The notes beneath the pieces are model-generated. The model did no database searches, had not been told where the DNA came from, and saw nothing but the letters and a program-made list of their open reading frames with translations. From the NCBI GenBank assembly GCA_036499125.1, contig DASYEH010000012.1, positions 26,275 to 90,274 of the forward strand: a stretch of DNA of 64,000 nt, given 5' to 3'. The stretch is from Gemmatimonadales bacterium (lineage in GTDB: Bacteria > Gemmatimonadota > Gemmatimonadetes > Gemmatimonadales > GWC2-71-9). The position numbers and the translations under genes were made by a program. Shown one piece after another: positions 51,243-59,979 of this stretch. How positions within the stretch are numbered: the first letter of the stretch is position 1; each line of letters opens with the position of its first letter.

Positions 51243-51278
51243 ATCTGCATGGTTTGCAGACTTCCCGGGAGCAAGGTC

Positions 51279-51569
51279 ATGATACCGTCGTTGTTCGGTC
51301 AGGGGTCCCTGACCAATACCCTGCGTGGCGGACTCTCTGAGCAGAGTGCGACCCAGAAAACGATTGCCAATCGGGTTGCCGGGGCGCTCGCCGAAAGCGC
51401 GACCACCGGCTTCTCCGGGCATATGCAGACCTCCCTGGCGGGCCCGGATCAGGAAATCATGCGGGATATGGCCTCGCTTGCTGACACCGAGCTGCGGTAC
51501 GAGGCGACGGCCAAGCTGCTGCAGAAGTCGTATGCCGACCTCCGGACCGCGATCACCGGCAATGGCTGA
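51279..51569 (+). CDS. flgB: Flagellar basal-body rod protein FlgB
   Basis: ATG 51279 with GGGAG upstream. N-terminal rod motif ...QKTIANRVAG and C-terminal ELRYEATAKLLQKSYADLRTAI. Confidence 0.8.
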   Translation: MIPSLFGQGSLTNTLRGGLSEQSATQKTIANRVAGALAESATTGFSGHMQTSLAGPDQEIMRDMASLADTELRYEATAKLLQKSYADLRTAITGNG

Positions 51570-51987
51570 TCCGACTGGCGGCATCCCGCCGCTGCCGCGT
51601 GCGCTGCGCCAGCTCATGGGGCCGCTCAGTACCAGCGCCAGCGGGATGGCCCGGCAACAGAAGTTCATCGAAGTGATTTCCAACAACATCGCCAACGCCG
51701 AGACGACCCGGACAGCCGATGGGACGCCCTACAAGCGAGAGGTGGCCATCGCCGGCACCGATCGCAACGGCGCGCTCACAACCACGGTCCAGCAGGACAC
51801 GACCGACGGCCGTGTCGTGTACGACCCAGGACACCCGGACCACGACGCGGCCGGATACGTCCATTACCCCAATGTGGACCTTGCCACGGAAACGGTAGAC
51901 CTCATGGTGGCTCGTCGGATGCATGAAGCCAATGCCACGGTGTTCGATGCAGCGAAGGCGATGTTGCGCCGGGCGCTGGACATTTGA
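51562..51987 (+). CDS. flgC: Flagellar basal-body rod protein FlgC
   Basis: SASGMARQQKFIEVISNNIANAETTRT...PYKRE and C-terminal YPNVDLATETVDLMVARRMHEANATVFDAAKAML. The start is ATG 51562 (overlaps flgB) or ATG 51616. Confidence 0.85.
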   Translation: MADPTGGIPPLPRALRQLMGPLSTSASGMARQQKFIEVISNNIANAETTRTADGTPYKREVAIAGTDRNGALTTTVQQDTTDGRVVYDPGHPDHDAAGYVHYPNVDLATETVDLMVARRMHEANATVFDAAKAMLRRALDI

Positions 51988-52232
51988 GCCCCCTCGGATC
52001 GGTCGGCGGCCCCGGGCAGCCGATCCCCTCTGCGGCGCAGAACCGCGCCAGTCAGGCACGTCCTGCTCCAGCAACGCCCTCCTCGGCGTCGCTCTGGAGC
52101 GTGTTGACCGACGAAGAGCAGGCCTACTTCTCGTCCTCTGCGGTGCTCGGCCCACTCAGTTACGGACCGGGCGGCAAGGTCGGCGGGCCAGCGTCGCCGC
52201 CGATCGGCCAGCACGTGGACATCACAGGCTGA
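51984..52232 (+). CDS. Hypothetical 82-aa protein inside the flagellar operon
   Basis: TTG start overlaps the flgC stop. The ORF fills the otherwise 249-nt flgC-fliE gap. Third codon positions are predominantly G/C by eye. I recognise no family. Confidence 0.35.
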   Translation: MSPLGSVGGPGQPIPSAAQNRASQARPAPATPSSASLWSVLTDEEQAYFSSSAVLGPLSYGPGGKVGGPASPPIGQHVDITG

Positions 52233-52236
52233 TCAC

Positions 52237-52542
52237 GTGACAACTCCGATTCGTCCCGACGCGCCGATCGCCAGCGTGCTGCAGCAGGCGATCAACAACC
52301 CGCTCGGCGAGCCGACCGACGGCGCCAACTTCAGCGACCTGCTGACTCGTGCTGTCGGCAACGTGCAGCAGTCGCAACAGAACAAGGATGACGTCATCGG
52401 CGCCTTCCTCGCCGGCAAGCCGGTCGAGTTGCACGATGTGATGGCTGCCGCCGAGGAAGCCTCGTTATCGCTCTCGCTGCTGGTCGAGACACGCAACAAG
52501 CTGACTGATGCCTATCGCACCGTCATGAATATCCAGGTCTGA
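52237..52542 (+). CDS. fliE: Flagellar hook-basal body complex protein FliE
   Basis: 101 aa. FSDLLTRAVGNVQQSQQ...VELHDVMAAAEEASLSLSLLVETRNKLTDAYRTVMNIQV matches the FliE pattern. Confidence 0.8.
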   Translation: MTTPIRPDAPIASVLQQAINNPLGEPTDGANFSDLLTRAVGNVQQSQQNKDDVIGAFLAGKPVELHDVMAAAEEASLSLSLLVETRNKLTDAYRTVMNIQV

Positions 52543-52546
52543 GCGG

Positions 52547-53974
52547 ATGTTCGACGCGTTCATGCGGATGGACAGCAACCGGCGCGTCCTGGCCATCGCG
52601 GCGGCGTTTGCGCTTCTCGTCGTTGGCTGGTTCGCGTACAACCGGGCGATGACGCCGGAGTACGTGACGCTCTTTCGCGATCTCGACGTCTCCGGCGTTG
52701 GCAACATCACCGATCACCTGACCAAGGCGACGATCCCGTATCGCCTCCAGTCCGAGGGAACCGAAGTGCAGGTACCCAAGGATGACGCCGCACGGGCTCG
52801 TGTGCTCCTCGCAGCCGACGGCCTGCCGGCCACCGGGCGCCCGGGTATGGAGCTCTTCGACAAGCCGGCGTGGGGCATGACGGACTTCACCCAGCACATT
52901 ACCTACCGCCGCGCGCTCGAGGGCGAACTCGCCCGCACCATCGGCACCCTGCGTGGCGTGCAGAATGCCCAGGTGCATCTGGCGCTTCCCGAAGCAACCG
53001 CACTGCAAGGGCAGCAGCGTCCGCCCGAGGCGGCTGTCGTGCTCAAGCTTGCGTCGAACGTCGTGCTCACGCCGGAGCAGGTGCAGGGGATCACCCAGCT
53101 GGTCAGCGGCAGCGTCGAGCAGTTGACGCCGGATCATGTCACCGTGCTCGACGATACCGGTCGTCCGCTCACCGGCAATGCATCCGACAACGCTGGCCTC
53201 ACGTCGCGCCAGCTCGATATGCAATCGAAGGTCGAGCAACACCTGGCAAACAAGGTGCAGGAACTCCTCGCCTCGACGGTGGCGCCGGCGGACATGCGGG
53301 TGCAGGTGGCGGCCCGGCTCAACTTCGATCAGGTCGAACGTTCGATTGACACCTACGATCCGAACGGCAAGGTGCTCCAGAACGAACAGAAGAGCAGTGG
53401 TGGCGACAGCGCGTCAGCCGAAACCGCTGGTACCGTGATCAACAACACCTACGTCAACTCGCGCACGGTCCAGAAGATCGTCGCTGAGACCGGCAACATC
53501 ACGCGCCTCACCGTTTCCGTCATGCTCAACTCGCGTGCGCTCAAGAGCGACGCCGACGCCCAGCGGGCCTCGCTCACCGAAGTGGTGCGCAACGCGATCG
53601 GCATCGATAGCACGCGCGGCGACCAGCTCTCGGTGGTGGCAGTGCCCTTTACCGACATACCGACGGCAAAGACCGCGGTGGACAGCAACGCGACCAAGGA
53701 GCCTGGGCCATCGATCGGCGACCTGCTGGCGAAGTTCGGCGGTCTCGCCCTCGCGGTAGTGGCCGTCATCCTCTTTGGGCTGATCGGTTGGCGCGCGGCG
53801 AAACCGTCGCTGGCAACCGCCTTGATCTCGTCCGGCAACGACAACGCTGATCCGACCCTGCGCGCCGACGAACGCTACAGCATGGGCGCGGGACGTCGCC
53901 CCGGTGTCGAGCACGTCTCCTCACCAGATGCCGCCGCGCAAGTCATTCGCGCCTGGCTGACTGAGTCCTCATGA
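52547..53974 (+). CDS. fliF: Flagellar M-ring protein FliF
   Basis: 475 aa. N-terminal TM, YscJ/FliF ring-building region (LFRDLD...VQVPKDDAARARVLLAADGLP...ALEGELARTI) and a second TM near the C-terminus. Confidence 0.85.
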   Translation: MFDAFMRMDSNRRVLAIAAAFALLVVGWFAYNRAMTPEYVTLFRDLDVSGVGNITDHLTKATIPYRLQSEGTEVQVPKDDAARARVLLAADGLPATGRPGMELFDKPAWGMTDFTQHITYRRALEGELARTIGTLRGVQNAQVHLALPEATALQGQQRPPEAAVVLKLASNVVLTPEQVQGITQLVSGSVEQLTPDHVTVLDDTGRPLTGNASDNAGLTSRQLDMQSKVEQHLANKVQELLASTVAPADMRVQVAARLNFDQVERSIDTYDPNGKVLQNEQKSSGGDSASAETAGTVINNTYVNSRTVQKIVAETGNITRLTVSVMLNSRALKSDADAQRASLTEVVRNAIGIDSTRGDQLSVVAVPFTDIPTAKTAVDSNATKEPGPSIGDLLAKFGGLALAVVAVILFGLIGWRAAKPSLATALISSGNDNADPTLRADERYSMGAGRRPGVEHVSSPDAAAQVIRAWLTESS

Positions 53975-55002
53975 CCGCCGTCGCTCCACGCAAGGCTGGA
54001 TCTTCCGCGCTCTCCGGGCCGCAAAAAGCGGCCGTTCTCGTCATGGCCCTCGGCGCCGACGCATCCGCCAAGATCCTGGCGCGCCTGGCGCCCGATGAAG
54101 TCGAAGCGATCACCAGGACCATCGCCCGTACCCCGATGGCACAGCCCGATATGGTCGATGCCGTGCTCGGCGAATTTCGTGACGCCGCCCGGACGCTGTC
54201 GGCGATGACGCCCGGCGGCGAAGACTACGCCCGCGAGGTGCTCGAGTCCGCGATGGGTGTGCAGCGCGCCCGTGGTGTGATGGACCGCATCCGGGAGGCG
54301 CCGTCGGCGACGCCCGCCAGTCCGCTCAGCAAGGCGGCTCCCGACGTGCTGCAACTCGCCTTGCGCGGCGAGCAACCCCAGACCCTGGCGTTGGTGCTCG
54401 CCCATCTCGAGCCCAAAGTTGCCGCCCAGATGATCACCGGCATGGATCCCGAACTGTCGGCCGACGTGCTCTATCGGGTGGCGACCATGGAGCGAGTGGC
54501 GCCTGAAGTGCTGCACATGGTTGAAAAGGCGATTCTCGCGCGCTCTGAAACCAGCGCGCCGCCCGAGATGATCGAAACCGGCGGCCCGGCCACCGTGGCG
54601 CGCTTGCTCAACCAGTTGAGCGGCGGCGCTGATACCTCGCTGCTCGCAGCCGTCGGCAGCCGAGGCACCGAAGTCGCCGACGCGATTCGCAACCTGATGT
54701 TTGTCTTCGAGGACCTCCTGCTGCTGGGCGATCGGTCGATGCAGCGGTTGCTGCGCGACGTCGACTCGCGCGAGCTCGCGATCGGCCTCAAGGCGGCCAG
54801 TGAGGAACTCAAGGCCCACGTGCTCAAGAACATGTCCGAGCGCGCCGGTGCTGCCCTGCGTGAGGAACTCGAGATGCTCGGCTCCGTCAAGGTGAAGGAT
54901 GTCCAGGCGGCCCACACCAGTATCATCGCCACGGTGCGCGCGCTGCAGGACGCCGAGGAAATCACCATCGAGCGTGGAGGAGACGAAGACGTCATCGGCT
55001 GA
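53971..55002 (+). CDS. fliG: Flagellar motor switch protein FliG
   Basis: 343 aa. The GPQKAAVLVMALG start and the conserved MFVFEDL block are present, and the C-terminal torque-helix region precedes the ATVRALQDAEEITI tail. Confidence 0.9.
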   Translation: MTAVAPRKAGSSALSGPQKAAVLVMALGADASAKILARLAPDEVEAITRTIARTPMAQPDMVDAVLGEFRDAARTLSAMTPGGEDYAREVLESAMGVQRARGVMDRIREAPSATPASPLSKAAPDVLQLALRGEQPQTLALVLAHLEPKVAAQMITGMDPELSADVLYRVATMERVAPEVLHMVEKAILARSETSAPPEMIETGGPATVARLLNQLSGGADTSLLAAVGSRGTEVADAIRNLMFVFEDLLLLGDRSMQRLLRDVDSRELAIGLKAASEELKAHVLKNMSERAGAALREELEMLGSVKVKDVQAAHTSIIATVRALQDAEEITIERGGDEDVIG

Positions 55003-55036
55003 ACCGGCCACTCCTGAACGCTCCGCCAGTCGCGGC

Positions 55037-55606
55037 GTGGCGGCCTGGCGGCCGCCCGAGCTTGGTCATCTCCCTCAGGGCGAACCGATGCCGACCGGCA
55101 TTGGCGTCAACGAGGCTGCGCTACAGGAGGCGCACCGCGCCGGCTGGATGGAAGGCCACGCGGCCGCCATGGCCGAGCGCGCTGTTGCTGCCGAGGAAAT
55201 GGCCGCGGCGTCGCAGGCGGCGGCCCGCGCGCTGACTGACATCGGAGACCGCCTCCGCGGTCAGGTCGCCACGACCGTGCACGCACTCTCGGTTGCCATC
55301 GCGCGTCACCTCGTCGAGCGCGAGATGAGTCAGGACCCGACGCTGCTGCACGAGCTGGTCAAGCGCGCGCTGGCGCTGACACCGATGAACGGCTCCGTCA
55401 CCGTCCGCATGCATCCCGATGACCTCGCGGCACTTACCGCCGCCGGTGGCCTCAAGGATGTTCCCGACTCGGGTATCGAAATCCGCTGGCTCGCCGATCT
55501 CGACATCTCTCGCGGTGGGTGTCTGGTGGACGGGCCGCACGGCATTGTCGACGGCCGCATTGATCGCGCCCTGCTCGACATTTACGAGCAGTTGAGTCAT
55601 GACTGA
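55037..55606 (+). CDS. fliH: Flagellar assembly protein FliH
   Basis: FliH/T3SS stator pattern with C-terminal RGGCLVDGPHGIVDGRIDRAL. The start is uncertain: GTG 55037, ATG 55088, or the longer track ORF that overlaps fliG. Confidence 0.65.
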   Translation: MAAWRPPELGHLPQGEPMPTGIGVNEAALQEAHRAGWMEGHAAAMAERAVAAEEMAAASQAAARALTDIGDRLRGQVATTVHALSVAIARHLVEREMSQDPTLLHELVKRALALTPMNGSVTVRMHPDDLAALTAAGGLKDVPDSGIEIRWLADLDISRGGCLVDGPHGIVDGRIDRALLDIYEQLSHD

Positions 55607-56939
55607 TACCCTGCTTGAGCCGGCCCTCGCGCGGCTGCGCGGTGTCCGTCGTCTCGCCCTGCTCGGTCGCGTCACCCGGGTGGTCGGCTCGGTGATCGAG
55701 GCGTCGTCGTTGCCGGTTGCTGTGGGCGAAGTGTGTCGCCTGGCGACCAGCAGTCACAGCGTGCTCGCGCTGGTCGCCGGTTTCCACGAGCGCGGCGTCA
55801 TGCTCTTGCCCGTCGGCGAACTCGAAGGGATTCACCCCGGCGCTACCGTCACGCCGCTCGGCCGCTCCCTGTATGTCTCCGTTGGCGACGGCCTCGTGGG
55901 CCGAGTGCTCGATGGGCTCGGTCGCCCGATCGACGGCAAGGGCCCCGTGGGTCCGACGGTGTCGCGGCCGCTGCTTGGTCAGCCGCCCACCCCGCTCGAA
56001 CGGACCCGCGTGGATACGCCGTTCAGCACCGGCGTCCGGGCCATCGATGGCCTCGAATCGTTCGGCCGCGGCCAGCGCGTCGGCATCATGGCTGGCAGCG
56101 GCGTCGGCAAGAGCGTGCTGCTCGGCATGATCGCCCGCGGTGCGTCGTCGGACGTCAACGTCATCGCCCTGCTCGGCGAACGCGGTCGCGAAGTGCGCGA
56201 GTTTGTCGAGCGCGACCTTGGTCCCGAAGGTCTCGCGCGCTCCGTCGTCGTCGTGGCCACCAGCGATCAGTCGGCCGTGCTCCGCGCCACTGGTGCGCTG
56301 GTCGCAACGTCGATCGCCGAACACTTCCGTGATCAGGGCAAGCACGCGCTGTTGTTGATGGATTCAGTCACCCGCGTCGCGATGGCCTGGCGCGAGGTGG
56401 GCCTTTCGGTCGGCGAGCCGCCGACGACCAAGGGATATCCTCCGTCGGTCTTCGTCGGCCTGCCCAAGCTCCTCGAGCGGGCAGGGACCGGCAAGATCGG
56501 CAGTATCACCGGGCTGTATACCGTGCTGGTCGAAGGCGACGACTTCAACGAGCCGGTGGCCGATGCCGCACGCTCGATCCTCGACGGCCACGTCGTGCTG
56601 GCCCGTCGACTCGCCGCGGCGCGCCACTTCCCGGCCGTCGATGTGCTCGAAAGTGTCAGTCGCGTGCGCGATGCCGTGATCGATCCCGAGCACCGTCAGG
56701 CAGCCAACACCTTGATCCGTCTCGAAGCGGCCCATCGCGCGCACGAAGATCTCATCGCCGTTGGCGCGTACAAACCCGGCGCCGATCGTGCCGTCGACAC
56801 TGCCATCGCCATCCGTCCGGAAATGATGGCGCTGCTGATGCAGCGCCCCGATGAGCCCGGCGAGTTTCGCGGCACCCGCGCAGCGGTCATTTCGCTGGCG
56901 ACCCGGGCGCTGCAGATCGAGAAGCAGGGTCACCGATGA
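55599..56939 (+). CDS. fliI: Flagellum-specific ATPase FliI
   Basis: 446 aa. Walker A GSGVGKS, Walker B LLLMDSVTR, F1/T3SS-ATPase fold. Confidence 0.95.
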   Translation: MTDTLLEPALARLRGVRRLALLGRVTRVVGSVIEASSLPVAVGEVCRLATSSHSVLALVAGFHERGVMLLPVGELEGIHPGATVTPLGRSLYVSVGDGLVGRVLDGLGRPIDGKGPVGPTVSRPLLGQPPTPLERTRVDTPFSTGVRAIDGLESFGRGQRVGIMAGSGVGKSVLLGMIARGASSDVNVIALLGERGREVREFVERDLGPEGLARSVVVVATSDQSAVLRATGALVATSIAEHFRDQGKHALLLMDSVTRVAMAWREVGLSVGEPPTTKGYPPSVFVGLPKLLERAGTGKIGSITGLYTVLVEGDDFNEPVADAARSILDGHVVLARRLAAARHFPAVDVLESVSRVRDAVIDPEHRQAANTLIRLEAAHRAHEDLIAVGAYKPGADRAVDTAIAIRPEMMALLMQRPDEPGEFRGTRAAVISLATRALQIEKQGHR

Positions 56940-57391
56940 CCCAGTTTCGTTTCCGGTTGCACTCGTTGCTCGAATTGCGCGAGGCGCTCGAGAAGATGCA
57001 GGGGCGCGAGCTTGGCGTGGCCGATGGCAAGGCGCAGGATCGTCGTGATGAATCGGTCGCCAGCGAATCGCAGCTCCTGCAAGTGCAGGCGCAGGCCGGT
57101 CACGCCGAAGTCGGCGACACGCATCCCGCTGGAAATTTTCATGCGATGGCGCTGACGGTCGCCGCGGCGCGGCAACGCGCGATCGACGATGCTGCGGCGC
57201 TGGCCGAAGCCGAGGCTCGACGCGCCGAGGAGCTGGCGCGATACAACGAAGCGCGCACCGCCCGCCGTGCGCTGGAAAAGCTGCGTGACCGCCGCGAAGC
57301 CGATTGGCAAGTCGATGAAGGACGGCGCGAACGCGCAGAAACCGATGAAGTTGCTCGGCGAACCATCGCAGACCGGGGTAAGACACCATGA
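56936..57391 (+). CDS. fliJ: Flagellar export protein FliJ
   Basis: 151-aa coiled-coil protein with an N-terminal FRFRL..LLELRE pattern. ATGA overlap with fliI. Confidence 0.6.
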   Translation: MTQFRFRLHSLLELREALEKMQGRELGVADGKAQDRRDESVASESQLLQVQAQAGHAEVGDTHPAGNFHAMALTVAAARQRAIDDAAALAEAEARRAEELARYNEARTARRALEKLRDRREADWQVDEGRRERAETDEVARRTIADRGKTP

Positions 57392-57810
57392 AGTTGCCTG
57401 TTGTCATCGGTGGAGCATTCGTGGTCGGCCTTGCTGGCGGAACCGTGATGGGAATGCGTCACGCTCCCGCTCCCGCCCCTGCGCCGGCCGATTCGCTGGC
57501 GGTTGCTCGGGCACCGGCACCGGCCGCAGTGCTCAGTCACGACACCGCAGCAGCCGCAGCCAAGCCCGACACCGCGGCCCCGGCGGCCGCTCCGCCGCCC
57601 GCGGCCACCCTCGACACGGCGCGCCTCGCCGCCACCCTCGCGAAGTTGGCGCCGGCCGATGCAGTGGAGCTGACCACTCGCCTGACTGACGACGAACTCG
57701 AAGCGGTGCTTCGGCATATGGGGGTCAACAGTGCGTCTGCGGTGATTGCGGCGATGCCGAAAACTCGCGCGCAGCTGATGAGCAAACGGTTGCTTGGCGG
57801 GCCGAAGTGA
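57388..57810 (+). CDS. MgtE_N-like flagellar operon protein (YlxF/FlbB/MotE-like)
   Basis: N-terminal TM. The C-terminal LAKLAPADAVELTTRLTDDELEAVLRHMGVNSASAVIAAMPKTRAQL resembles MgtE-N repeats. It occupies the same position as ylxF in the B. subtilis fla/che operon. Confidence 0.5.
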   Translation: MKLPVVIGGAFVVGLAGGTVMGMRHAPAPAPAPADSLAVARAPAPAAVLSHDTAAAAAKPDTAAPAAAPPPAATLDTARLAATLAKLAPADAVELTTRLTDDELEAVLRHMGVNSASAVIAAMPKTRAQLMSKRLLGGPK

Positions 57811-59255
57811 ACGTCGCACCCAGCGCGCCGTCCGCCCCCGCTGTGCCGGTTGCCGGGACCGCGGCGGGATCATCGCGCAACAATCCATCGGCTACCACCC
57901 GGTCGACCGATTCGGTGAACGCCTTTCTGGTTGCGCTGCAGGCGATCCTCAATGCCAAGCCGCCCGCAGCACCGTCGACCGCTGCTGCGTCGCCGGCGGC
58001 CGAGCCTGGCTCGGCCGATCCGTCGCCGGACGATGCAACCAATGGCGGCCAGCAGGCCAAGCCGTCCGATCCATCGACGGGCCTGCCTGACGCGTCGCTG
58101 GTCGTTCCGGCGGTCATGCTCGCAGCGCACAGCGCAATGGCCGCCGCAGCGCTACTCGTGCCGGCGCTCCAGACTGGTCCCGCGGCTGCCGGAACTCCGC
58201 AGGCCGCGCCGGTCATTCCGGCGAATCCGACCGAACACGGCTCCGCTCAATCATCCGATCCGGGCGCCGCGCCGGGCGGGATCGCTCTCGATGGCGATGC
58301 CTGGCAGGCTGTCGTTGATCAGCTGATGCAGACCATCAACGCCGCCCTCGCAGGCGGCACCACCGGGTCGGCGGCGCCGACCGGCATCTCGGATAGCATG
58401 CCGGAGAATGGCGTAGCGCCGACCGTCGCTGGAGCGCCGCCAATCGCACCTGGTGGTGCGGGCATCATTCCGGGCATGGCGTTGTCGGCCGCGATGGCGG
58501 CGGTCGTCAAGTCGGTCGATGTGGTCGTTGCAGCCGACACCCCGCCGCCACCATCGCATCCGCCTGTCATCGCCACGGTGTCGTCAGCTGCGCCACCGCT
58601 CACGGCGGCGATTGTCGCCGCAGTAGCAGGCGGTTCTGGCCGGCCGGACAGCGGTGCCACCGACGATGGCGCGCATCACGACTCTCGCGACGACGATCGA
58701 CCTGCGACGCCGGACGCCGCCAACCAGGTCAACGCATTGGCCACAACGATTGGTGCGGGCGCTCCGGCAATGACCGTGACCACCGCGGCGCCCCCGGTGG
58801 CCGCGGCCCCGGCACCACCTCCTCCGCCGCCAGCACCGCTACCGAGCCCCACGGCTCACGTCACGATGACCCTTGACCAGGCGGCGACTGGCGCGAGCCG
58901 GATTCGTATCGCGGTGCAGGGGTCGGCCGTTCGAGCCACCATCCTCACCAGCAGTGATGGTGTCAATCGTATGGATCGTGAACTGCCCACGCTGCGACAG
59001 GCACTCGCGGATCAGGGCTTTTCCGATGTCCGCGTCAGCGTGCGCGTTGATGACATCACCACATCTGCGCCGGTCAACATGGTGGCGGCGTCGCCCGTCA
59101 CCGACCCTGCCGCGATGTCGTCGGCCCGGCCGAACGGGCAACAACAGGATTCCTCGCGACAGTCGTCGCAGCAGCATTCACAGCAGCAGGCTCCAGGCCA
59201 GCAGCGTTCACCCCGCCAGGGACGGCAACAGCAACAGGAGGATGATGACGCATGA
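57807..59255 (+). CDS. fliK: Flagellar hook-length control protein FliK
   Basis: 482 aa with a Pro/Ala-rich central region, a C-terminal Flg_hook-like domain (RIRIAVQGSAVRATILTSSDGV...LRQALADQGFSDVRVSV) and a Q-rich tail. Confidence 0.7.
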   Translation: MNVAPSAPSAPAVPVAGTAAGSSRNNPSATTRSTDSVNAFLVALQAILNAKPPAAPSTAAASPAAEPGSADPSPDDATNGGQQAKPSDPSTGLPDASLVVPAVMLAAHSAMAAAALLVPALQTGPAAAGTPQAAPVIPANPTEHGSAQSSDPGAAPGGIALDGDAWQAVVDQLMQTINAALAGGTTGSAAPTGISDSMPENGVAPTVAGAPPIAPGGAGIIPGMALSAAMAAVVKSVDVVVAADTPPPPSHPPVIATVSSAAPPLTAAIVAAVAGGSGRPDSGATDDGAHHDSRDDDRPATPDAANQVNALATTIGAGAPAMTVTTAAPPVAAAPAPPPPPPAPLPSPTAHVTMTLDQAATGASRIRIAVQGSAVRATILTSSDGVNRMDRELPTLRQALADQGFSDVRVSVRVDDITTSAPVNMVAASPVTDPAAMSSARPNGQQQDSSRQSSQQHSQQQAPGQQRSPRQGRQQQQEDDDA

Positions 59256-59962
59256 CTATTCCCCCGATTGGTGGCTCGTCCTCCGGCGCAACGGATCCGA
59301 CCACCCCGCTTGCCACCGCCCCGCCGATTCTCGGGAAGGATGACTTCCTGCAGATGCTCGTGGCGCAGCTCAAGAATCAGGACCCGATGAGTCCCATGGA
59401 CGGCACCCAGTTTGCCGCCCAGCTCGCGCAGTTCTCCACCGTCGAGCAACTGACCGAGCTGAACACCACTGCCACGACGCAGGCGACCGCCGCGTCGCAG
59501 GAAACGCTGACCCAGCAGGCCAGCTTCGGCAACTCGTTGATCGGCCGGGACGTCGTGACCACCGGTGCCACTATCAACGTGGCCGACGGGACGACGTCGC
59601 GCATCAGCATCGACACCAGTGGCGCGGCCGAAACGGTCCACATCGATATCCTCGGCGCGGACGGCAAGACGATCGTCGGCTCGCAGGACTACGACAACGT
59701 GCCCGCGGGCACCAACACGCTCACGGTCGACACGTCCAAGCTCGATCCCGGCAGCTACACCTACAATGTGTCGGCGATCAGCACGTCTGGCGCTGCCGTT
59801 GGTGCCGTCGGTTACACCGTCGGCTCGGTGCAGGGAACCTCGTTCCAGAACGGCCAGGTTGTGCTCACCGTCAATGGCGCGGCAGTTCCGATCACCGACA
59901 TCGTCGAAATCATCCCGGCGGCTTCCGCCGGGTCCAGCTCGTCAACGTCTTCGAACCCATAG
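59252..59962 (+). CDS. flgD: Flagellar hook capping protein FlgD
   Basis: LGKDDFLQMLVAQLKNQDPMSPMD signature followed by a beta-rich FlgD Ig-like domain. Confidence 0.85.
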   Translation: MTIPPIGGSSSGATDPTTPLATAPPILGKDDFLQMLVAQLKNQDPMSPMDGTQFAAQLAQFSTVEQLTELNTTATTQATAASQETLTQQASFGNSLIGRDVVTTGATINVADGTTSRISIDTSGAAETVHIDILGADGKTIVGSQDYDNVPAGTNTLTVDTSKLDPGSYTYNVSAISTSGAAVGAVGYTVGSVQGTSFQNGQVVLTVNGAAVPITDIVEIIPAASAGSSSSTSSNP

Positions 59963-59979
59963 GCAGGAGTTTCCGATTC

